Shown here in pieces: positions 57,068 through 64,000 of a DNA stretch of 64,000 nt. The first letter of the stretch is position 1, and the number at the start of each line of letters is the position of its first letter. The position numbers and the translations under genes are program-made. The stretch covers positions 4,192,001-4,256,000 of the forward strand of contig OY776510.1 of NCBI GenBank assembly GCA_963675665.1, given 5' to 3'. Origin of the DNA: Spirochaetia bacterium (GTDB lineage Bacteria > Spirochaetota > Spirochaetia > UBA9216). Below the pieces are notes generated by a model that saw nothing but the letters and a program-made list of their open reading frames with translations, was not told the origin of the DNA and did not search any database.

Positions 57068-59218
57068 ATGTTTCAGGGAGAATTGAAGCAGCCTGTCTCA
57101 AGACTGCAGGGCATAGGCCCCAAAACATCATCAATTCTCTCTGCGGCCGGAATTATTACAATAAATGACATTCTTAAACACTACCCGCGCACATATGAAG
57201 ACCGGAAAAGAATAACCGGCCTTGCGCCTGCGCTGCGATCACCTGAACCGGTGACAATAAACACGACAGCAAGAGTTATTGCTCACGATTTCTTCGGCAA
57301 GCCGCCGAAACAGACTTTAAAAGTAATTATAGAAGACCCTGAGGGCATCCCCGCTTCCCTTGTATGTTTCGGTCGTAATTTTCTCGCCGACAAGCTGACG
57401 CCGGGCTGCAATATTCTTATATACGGTAGTTTTCAGAACCGTTTTAATGAACTGCAGTCCGCAAGCTTTGAATTTGAACTTCTACCGCAGCAGGACCAGG
57501 CGGACAATTCTGCAACCATATCCGAAAAAGACCTTTTTGGTCATTCCAGGACATTCGGACGTATTCTGCCTGTCTACCCGCTTACAGCCGGCCTAAGCCA
57601 GCACAGTCTGCGGAGAGCTGTAGAGCATGCGCTCAGCGAATGGGCAACGAATGTGGAAACCGAAATACCCGAGAGAATCCGCAGGGAATACAGCCTTATG
57701 TCAAAACCCGAATCACTCAGTCAGATTCATTTTCCTGATTCGGATAAGAAACAAGCAGCTGCCGCATACAGTCTGAAATTCGAAGAACTTTTTCATTTCC
57801 AGTTTGCAGCTGTAAGAAGGGCTTATCTGCGAAAAAGTGTTCAGAAACAAAATCCGGTAATCACTAATACGGCTGATACAAACCGTCTGAAAGACCTTGA
57901 ACAGCGACTGGTTAATAACCTTAAATTCAGACTTACAGCATCGCAGGAAAAAGTGCTTGAAGAAATAAAAACCGATATAAATTCCGACCGACCGATGTCG
58001 CGCCTGCTTCAGGGAGATGTCGGCAGCGGAAAAACCCTGGTGGCGTTCATTTCTTCGCTTGTTGCTATTGCATCAGGCGGGCAGGTTGCATTTATGGCCC
58101 CGACAGAACTTCTGGCAAGGCAGCATGCCGATAATGCGGACAAACTTCTAACCCCGCTTGGAATCAGGATAGCCCTGCTTACCGGAAGCGTGAAAGCCGA
58201 CAAGCGCAGGCTTCTGCTAAGCGCGCTTGCCGCAGGTGATATTGATTTTGTAATAGGAACCCATTCGCTTTTCGGCGAAAATGTGGACTTCCGCAGGCTG
58301 TCGTTTATAATTATCGACGAGCAGCAGCGTTTCGGCGTTATGCAGAGACTTGCCCTTTCCGGGAAGAACAGCAGCGCCGACCTGCTCTTAATGACTGCAA
58401 CACCGATTCCAAGGACCCTGGCACTAACCGTTTTCGGCGACCTTGACGTCTCTACAATTTCAGAATTGCCGCCGGGACGTACTCCGGTAGAAACCCATCT
58501 TGCAGCTATCGGGAATGAGCGAAAAGTCTACGCTTTTGTAAAGAACGAGCTGCTAAAAGGCCGCCAGGCATACTTTGTATACCCGTTGATAAGTCCTTCG
58601 GATAAAATCGGGCTCAAGGATGCCGAAACCATGTTTGAGACCCTCAAAAGCAGATACTTCCGGGAGTTTGAAATCGGCCTGATTCACTCCCGGCTCGATG
58701 AAAAAACCAAAAAAGAAATGATGGACGACTTCAGGGCCGGGAAAATTCATATAATTGCAGCAACAAGCGTTGTTGAAGTCGGAGTAGATGTTCCGAATGC
58801 AACCTGTATGATTATAGAACATGCCGAACGTTTCGGACTCTCCGCACTGCATCAGCTCAGGGGCAGGGTCGGCCGCAGAAAACATAAAGCATACGCTTTT
58901 CTTGTTTACAGCACTGAATTGACCGAAACCGGAATAGCACGTTTGAAAATCATGAAGGAAAGTACCGATGGATTCTACATTGCCGAAGAAGACCTCAAAA
59001 TACGGGGACCGGGCAATATGAGCGGCCCGGAACAGTCGGGGTTCCTTCCGTTTACGATAGCCGACCTTAATACCGATTTCGAAATACTGAAACAGGCCCG
59101 TTCGGCAGCCGCTGAGCTGATAGAAACCGATCCCGGGCTGCTTTCTGCGGAAAACGGTACGCTCAGACGGCTGCTTGAAGTCTGCCCGCCCTTTTCAGAC
59201 GAATTAATCGGAGGCTGA
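57068..59218 (+). CDS. recG: ATP-dependent DNA helicase RecG
   Basis: QGDVGSGKT, DEQQRFG, TATPIPRT, HQLRGRVGR and DLKIRGPG. Confidence 0.97.
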   Translation: MFQGELKQPVSRLQGIGPKTSSILSAAGIITINDILKHYPRTYEDRKRITGLAPALRSPEPVTINTTARVIAHDFFGKPPKQTLKVIIEDPEGIPASLVCFGRNFLADKLTPGCNILIYGSFQNRFNELQSASFEFELLPQQDQADNSATISEKDLFGHSRTFGRILPVYPLTAGLSQHSLRRAVEHALSEWATNVETEIPERIRREYSLMSKPESLSQIHFPDSDKKQAAAAYSLKFEELFHFQFAAVRRAYLRKSVQKQNPVITNTADTNRLKDLEQRLVNNLKFRLTASQEKVLEEIKTDINSDRPMSRLLQGDVGSGKTLVAFISSLVAIASGGQVAFMAPTELLARQHADNADKLLTPLGIRIALLTGSVKADKRRLLLSALAAGDIDFVIGTHSLFGENVDFRRLSFIIIDEQQRFGVMQRLALSGKNSSADLLLMTATPIPRTLALTVFGDLDVSTISELPPGRTPVETHLAAIGNERKVYAFVKNELLKGRQAYFVYPLISPSDKIGLKDAETMFETLKSRYFREFEIGLIHSRLDEKTKKEMMDDFRAGKIHIIAATSVVEVGVDVPNATCMIIEHAERFGLSALHQLRGRVGRRKHKAYAFLVYSTELTETGIARLKIMKESTDGFYIAEEDLKIRGPGNMSGPEQSGFLPFTIADLNTDFEILKQARSAAAELIETDPGLLSAENGTLRRLLEVCPPFSDELIGG

Positions 59219-59222
59219 CAGG

Positions 59223-59765
59223 ATGAGAATAACCGGCGGAAATTATCGTGGAAGAACAATTGCATGCCCAAAAGGCGTTATCAGGCCCGCAATGGACAGG
59301 ATGCGCGAATCGCTTTTTTCCATCCTCGGGGATATTGAAGGCTGCTCCTTTCTTGATTTATTTTCCGGATCCGGGTGCGTCGGAATCGAGGCAGCAAGCC
59401 GCGGTGCCGAGCCTGTTGTGCTTGTGGAGAAGGATTTTAAAAAGAAACCGGTTATCCTGAAGAATATTTCCTTTGTTGAGGAAGAAATCAGTCTGAAAAT
59501 GATGTCGGCGGAAAAATACATGAAAATTTGCGGCCGCCGCTTTGACCTTGTCTACATGGATCCGCCCTTTCCTATGAGCGGAAAAATCAAACTGGTTGAA
59601 CGCGCCTCGGAAGCGAAAATTCTTGAAGAAGACGGAACACTTATAATCCACTACCCTTCCGAAGAAAAATGGCCTGAGATAGTAGGAAATCTCCGGGTTA
59701 CAGATCGGCGTACTTACGGCAGATCCATTCTTCTGTTTTTCAGGTATCAGCAGGCCGGCGGTTAA
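59223..59765 (+). CDS. rsmD: 16S rRNA m2G966 methyltransferase
   Basis: MRITGG..RGR, RP..DR.RESLF, DLFSGSG, SRGA and DPPF. Confidence 0.93.
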   Translation: MRITGGNYRGRTIACPKGVIRPAMDRMRESLFSILGDIEGCSFLDLFSGSGCVGIEAASRGAEPVVLVEKDFKKKPVILKNISFVEEEISLKMMSAEKYMKICGRRFDLVYMDPPFPMSGKIKLVERASEAKILEEDGTLIIHYPSEEKWPEIVGNLRVTDRRTYGRSILLFFRYQQAGG

Positions 59766-59771
59766 AAATTT

Positions 59772-60548
59772 TTAATCCTTCCAGGGATTAAGGTATCGGG
59801 GATACAGCTCCGGGTCAGCATATTTCCCCCTTATCAGGATTGCATTAACAGGACAGCGATTATAACAGCGCATGCATGCAGTACAGCTGCCGGCAAAGCT
59901 TAAAGTTCCGTCGACTTCGCTTATGCTGCCCGTTGGGCAATCGTCTACACACTTCGAGCATCTTATACACATGTCTGAAGATACGGATAGTTGTTGATAA
60001 TGATTTTTCATCCTGGTTCCGAACATCTTCCTTATGAATATTCCGGCTGCGAGATATGGCGCTGTTCCGTCAATATGTTTTTCTTTTTCCAGTAATAACT
60101 TTATTTTTCTGTTTATTTTTCCCTCAATATCATCTTTCATGGAAACCCTAACAGGAAGGCTAACAACCCTGCTTTTAAGTTCCGGGGTTGTAATATTATT
60201 AAACATCCTTATATTAAAATACCATTTAATATTTTTATTAACGCGTTTCCTTTCGGCAAAATACCCAAGCGCATTTACATAACCGAAGGTTGAAATAATG
60301 ATTCTGATCTTATTCTTTACCTCAATGTTATAATTTAGAAACTCAGCTACTATTTCCGGCATATCGGCGCCGTAAACAGGATGCGCAAGCCCGATCAGTT
60401 CAAACGAAGAGATATCAGTCACGGACGGCCGTTTTTCAATGTTAACCGCCTCAACAGTATGATTGCGTTTCTCCAGTTCGCTTTTTATATGCTTAACAAC
60501 CCATTTTGTATTGCCCGTTCCGCTGAAATAGAAAAATATTATCTTCAT
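59772..60548 (-). CDS. EFR1-family flavodoxin-ferredoxin fusion
   Basis: YFSGTGNT and PVY; two 4Fe-4S motifs. Confidence 0.9.
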   Translation of the reverse strand: MKIIFFYFSGTGNTKWVVKHIKSELEKRNHTVEAVNIEKRPSVTDISSFELIGLAHPVYGADMPEIVAEFLNYNIEVKNKIRIIISTFGYVNALGYFAERKRVNKNIKWYFNIRMFNNITTPELKSRVVSLPVRVSMKDDIEGKINRKIKLLLEKEKHIDGTAPYLAAGIFIRKMFGTRMKNHYQQLSVSSDMCIRCSKCVDDCPTGSISEVDGTLSFAGSCTACMRCYNRCPVNAILIRGKYADPELYPRYLNPWKD

Positions 60549-60652
60549 CCGTGTTATTATCCATTATACCTTCACCGGTGACAAGATTATTTTTCGGTTG
60601 TATTCAGGGCACCCTGAAGCCCGGTTATAATGAACTTCAGGGCAGTTAAATT

Positions 60653-61495
60653 TTAAATTATACCGGAAACGGCAAATGTCACGTTTTTACCGTTCCATTG
60701 ATCCGTTTCCGCAAGAACATCATTATTAAATGAAATAACCCTGAGATTCTGCTCTTCAAGAATTGCCTCCAAATCATCGTGAGAAAAAAAGTGAGTCCAG
60801 AAATGGTAAGTTCTATACGGTTCCTGCTTATCAACAACCAGATGCTGGTATAAAACAACTTTCTTATCAGTATATATTCTGGAATTATAAAGATGGAGAT
60901 ACGGATTTTCGCTCCAGAACCCGGATTCTTCAAAATCCCAGGTCCTCTCAGGTTTCTTTTCAGAAAATGTCAAATCATTCAATACGTCAAAAATAAAACG
61001 TCCGTTAGGTTTTAAGGCGGCCCTGACCCTTTTCAGCAGAAGGCTGCGTTCCATCGGTGATAATACGCCGAAATCAGTATATATCATGATTACCAAGTCA
61101 AATTCGGATTGACCGAAATCCAGTTCAAGATAATCACCTTTTATATAGGAAATATCTGTTTGGCTTTCTTTAGCCTTTAACGCTGCATAATTTATTGATT
61201 CACTGGATATATCAATCCCTGTTACCTGATGGCCGAGCTCCGCCAGTCTCTGCGAATACAACCCGGGACCGCATCCCAAATCAAGAATTTTCATCTTCTT
61301 CTCATAAGACTTAGACAACAACCAGTCAATTGTTGTTTCAATGGATGATTCTTTCCTGCTGGCCAGATCAATTTCTTTATCAAGATGAACTTTCAACAGC
61401 TGCTTTGATATATATGGATCAGTCCACATAAAACTGTTGCCTTTTGCATATAATTCAGGCTTTGAGAAGGCCTGCATCATTTCATATATTTTCAT
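60653..61495 (-). CDS. Class I SAM-dependent methyltransferase
   Basis: MWTDPYIS, ILDLGCGPGLY, IYTDFGVL and LKPNG.FIFDV. Confidence 0.9.
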   Translation of the reverse strand: MKIYEMMQAFSKPELYAKGNSFMWTDPYISKQLLKVHLDKEIDLASRKESSIETTIDWLLSKSYEKKMKILDLGCGPGLYSQRLAELGHQVTGIDISSESINYAALKAKESQTDISYIKGDYLELDFGQSEFDLVIMIYTDFGVLSPMERSLLLKRVRAALKPNGRFIFDVLNDLTFSEKKPERTWDFEESGFWSENPYLHLYNSRIYTDKKVVLYQHLVVDKQEPYRTYHFWTHFFSHDDLEAILEEQNLRVISFNNDVLAETDQWNGKNVTFAVSGII

Positions 61496-61656
61496 AAAAA
61501 TCTCCCCTGAATCGGAAATTAACCGATTCCTGTTCTGAGTATCGGTATTAAATAAAACTGAGAATTTGGTATGGAAGATTCTTATTCGTTCATAATACGA
61601 TATTTTATTATTCCGGCATAATTGTCAAGTGGCTTAATTACCCACATTGATGCCGG

Positions 61657-62271
61657 TTATTCTTTGCTGAAAGCCAGTCTGGCTGCAAACCCGATCAAAA
61701 CAACACCGAATCCCTGCTGGATACGGTGAGTCAGCCCGGGTGATTTGATAAATAATTGCTTAAAATAATTCGACAGCACCCCGTACACAATAAAAACCGC
61801 CAGCGTTAATCCCATAAAAACCAGGCTCAGCAGAATCATATGGGAAATATATTTCATATTTGAGCCGTTTATAAACTGGGGCAAAAACGAGAAAAAGAAC
61901 AGGGTAAGCTTGGGATTCAACAGATTAAGCAGTACACCCTTGCCGATAATTTTCAGATAACTTTCATTATGGTCTTTTTCATCTACCTCGATTTTATTCC
62001 TGCTGGTTAGCAACCCGAAACCGAGATAAAGCAGATATAACACGCCGACGATTTTGATTATCTGAAATATCTGTGCGCTGGCATGCAGTATTGCCGAAAT
62101 TCCGAATACACCTGCAGTCAGATGAGGAATTATACCCAATGTACACCCGACAGCAGCTGCAATACTGTCTTTTCTGCTTCCCGCCAGTCCTGTCGAAACA
62201 GTATATATAACGCCTGTTCCGGGAATTACAACAACTATCAATGATGTAAGAATAAATCCCAAACTAATCAT
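61657..62271 (-). CDS. LysE family translocator
   Basis: IPGTG, YLLYLG, NLLNPK and FLPQF. Confidence 0.92.
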   Translation of the reverse strand: MISLGFILTSLIVVVIPGTGVIYTVSTGLAGSRKDSIAAAVGCTLGIIPHLTAGVFGISAILHASAQIFQIIKIVGVLYLLYLGFGLLTSRNKIEVDEKDHNESYLKIIGKGVLLNLLNPKLTLFFFSFLPQFINGSNMKYISHMILLSLVFMGLTLAVFIVYGVLSNYFKQLFIKSPGLTHRIQQGFGVVLIGFAARLAFSKE

Positions 62272-62288
62272 TTTTTATCACTCCTGTT

Positions 62289-63242
62289 TTATTCTGTACT
62301 TCTGGTTGTACAGCCATAGTCTTCCGGCCTCTTTTTCTTTATTTGAACCAATATCGCACCTGCAGCTATTACGAACAGAGAGAGCAGTTTCTGTGTCGAT
62401 AAGTACAAATCCAAAAAGATTATGGACAATATGGCTATTTGAATCAACATTGTTCCGTTGATTATACTTGATTCCATCGCAGTTAAAGTTCTTAATGATA
62501 AATTCCACAGTGTAAAAGCAAATGCCGTATTGATGAACGCTAACCAGACCAGAGATACCAGGTTTTTCAGGCTGAGCATATAAAAACCTTCTATTGTTAA
62601 TCCTGCCGCCAACAACACCGTTGCTCCCGCGCCCATGCTTATCAAAGTTACATTTACAGGATCTATTTCCTGTTTCATATTGATTTTTCTTCCAAGAACA
62701 GAGGAAAAAGCATTAGCCAGTACACCCAGCATCATTATAAAAATCCCGTTTTTTTCTTCGTTCAAAATATCGAAAGGTTTAAAATATAAGAGTATTCCGA
62801 TAATAAAAATCAAAACCCCTGCCCCCTGCAGGATATTCGGTTTCTCTCTCAGAAAGACCATCCCCAATATTACGACAACCAGAGGTGTAAAATTCAACAT
62901 CAGGCTTACAGTAACGGTTGATATCATCGAAAGCCCGATAAATTGTATTCCCTGGGTAATAGTATAGAACACAAGACCGAGCAGAATCAGCAGCATCCAG
63001 TTCTTTCTGCTCAGCCTTCCAAGCTCTTTAATTTTATTTCTCCTGCAGGCAGCAGGAATCAAAATCATAAACGCCAGAAAATATCTAAACCCTGCGAATG
63101 TAATCGGGGGTATCTCACCCAGTCCGTTTTTAATAATTATAAATGATGTTGACCATAAAAAAGTTACAACGAGCGCCAGGAATATTGCCTTCAACTTTTG
63201 TTTCCTGTTCTTTTTCAGTTCTGAAAACTTATTTTTTTTCAT
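62289..63242 (-). CDS. DMT/EamA family transporter
   Basis: LWSTSF..K, PP.TFAGFR and FLREKP; about 10 TM helices. Confidence 0.88.
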   Translation of the reverse strand: MKKNKFSELKKNRKQKLKAIFLALVVTFLWSTSFIIIKNGLGEIPPITFAGFRYFLAFMILIPAACRRNKIKELGRLSRKNWMLLILLGLVFYTITQGIQFIGLSMISTVTVSLMLNFTPLVVVILGMVFLREKPNILQGAGVLIFIIGILLYFKPFDILNEEKNGIFIMMLGVLANAFSSVLGRKINMKQEIDPVNVTLISMGAGATVLLAAGLTIEGFYMLSLKNLVSLVWLAFINTAFAFTLWNLSLRTLTAMESSIINGTMLIQIAILSIIFLDLYLSTQKLLSLFVIAAGAILVQIKKKRPEDYGCTTRSTE

Positions 63243-63304
63243 ACCAGACCTTAATAAACTGCAGCCGGTCATTTTATCACAAAAACAGAATTTTCCAAAC
63301 TTTA

Positions 63305-63754
63305 TTATTCCCACTTCTGAATTTCAACGATATTGCCTTCAGGGTCTCTTGCATAAACAACTGAAATCTTTCCCGCCCCTTCAATATACGTATCAACCAG
63401 TTTGCCCAAAACCGTGCCGCCGTTATCCAGCAGAAGATTCAGTTTCTCTTCAACATTCTCAACAGCGAATGCGATATGTCCGAAACCTTCCATATTTATC
63501 CGTTTGCCCGGATTTTCCAGGTTATGGTTGTATTCAAAAATTTCCAGTGTAGGCCCGTCGGAGACGTATCCCGGAAGCTGAAGATGCATCCCTCTTATCA
63601 CTGCGCTGTCAAGATCTGTCAGGTCATCAACCCACTCTCCGGCTAAATTCCTTTCCGAAGATCCGGGCCTGCAGTCGAAGACCTTTATATAAAAATCCGC
63701 CAACTCTCTCCAGTTCCCCGATATTATGTTTACATGTGAAAATTTTGTTTTCAT
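63305..63754 (-). CDS. VOC/glyoxalase family protein
   Basis: HVNI, LEIFEY, GHIAFAV and RDPEGNIVEIQ. Confidence 0.92.
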   Translation of the reverse strand: MKTKFSHVNIISGNWRELADFYIKVFDCRPGSSERNLAGEWVDDLTDLDSAVIRGMHLQLPGYVSDGPTLEIFEYNHNLENPGKRINMEGFGHIAFAVENVEEKLNLLLDNGGTVLGKLVDTYIEGAGKISVVYARDPEGNIVEIQKWE

Positions 63755-63780
63755 CCAAAACTCCTTTTTTATTTTATTTC

Positions 63781-64000
63781 TTATCTCGAATATGCCTGTA
63801 TTTTATCAATACAGCCGCTACTGTACGCCTTGTTTATTAATTTCCAGTCATTTCTTCGTTCAAAAAATAATGCACAGTAATTACGCTGAATCTGCGTGCC
63901 GTAAAAAAGATAATAAGATAAACGTTCTATCCCCTCCCTGTTCGTTACAAAACCCAGATAAAAATCAACAGCCCGGGTTATCGGCAAATCAGCATTATCC
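63781..64000 (-). CDS. Hypothetical protein, 3' part only
   Basis: Frame is open to the window edge and co-oriented with the downstream genes. Confidence 0.5.
   Translation of the reverse strand, partial: DNADLPITRAVDFYLGFVTNREGIERLSYYLFYGTQIQRNYCALFFERRNDWKLINKAYSSGCIDKIQAYSR

Noticed and set aside
61582-61593. uORF M-N-E-stop upstream of the methyltransferase as an attenuator peptide
   Set aside because: Three codons, no SD and no demonstrable alternative pairing.
59772-64000. Integron cassette array
   Set aside because: No RYYYAAC...GTTRRRY attC structures or repeated intergenic units, and several gaps are too short.

Overview
About 64 kb of chromosome from a motile, probably anaerobic spirochaete (Spirochaetia). 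The assignment rests on flaA, cheA-cheW/cheR-cheX-cheY and a spiro-SPASM gene. From left to right: (1) a partial MFS gene and a TolC/MFP/RND efflux operon ending in a PII-like gene; (2) a ferredoxin, aldehyde:ferredoxin oxidoreductase (with an extra C-terminal SCP2-like domain) and iron alcohol dehydrogenase operon, divergent from a TetR regulator, with an acyltransferase pair nearby that seems to share its operator; (3) arfB and a LacI/sugar-epimerase unit; (4) a complete class IIC group II intron (17015-18913, minus strand) inserted right after the terminator of tRNA-Val(GAC); (5) the chemotaxis operon, with a three-hairpin 114-bp segment between 8-bp direct repeats in front of cheX; (6) putative outer-membrane proteins and flaA; (7) a glycan-modification operon (spiro-SPASM, GT2, SpsF, PseG-methyltransferase fusion, a frameshifted ATP-grasp gene, amidase, GerMN) running into flaA; (8) xseAB, ligA and an RlpA-like/SPOR gene; (9) wzz-loaP-capD-degT followed by a divergent xanthine-dehydrogenase-like trio; (10) dnaE-yggT-recG-rsmD; (11) an AT-richer block of small accessory genes. 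The window also has a 36-bp palindromic REP-like repeat (3 copies), several sigma28-like promoters and many apparently leaderless genes. No CRISPR array, prophage, transposase or integrase was seen. All family calls come from motif recognition by eye; no searches were run.
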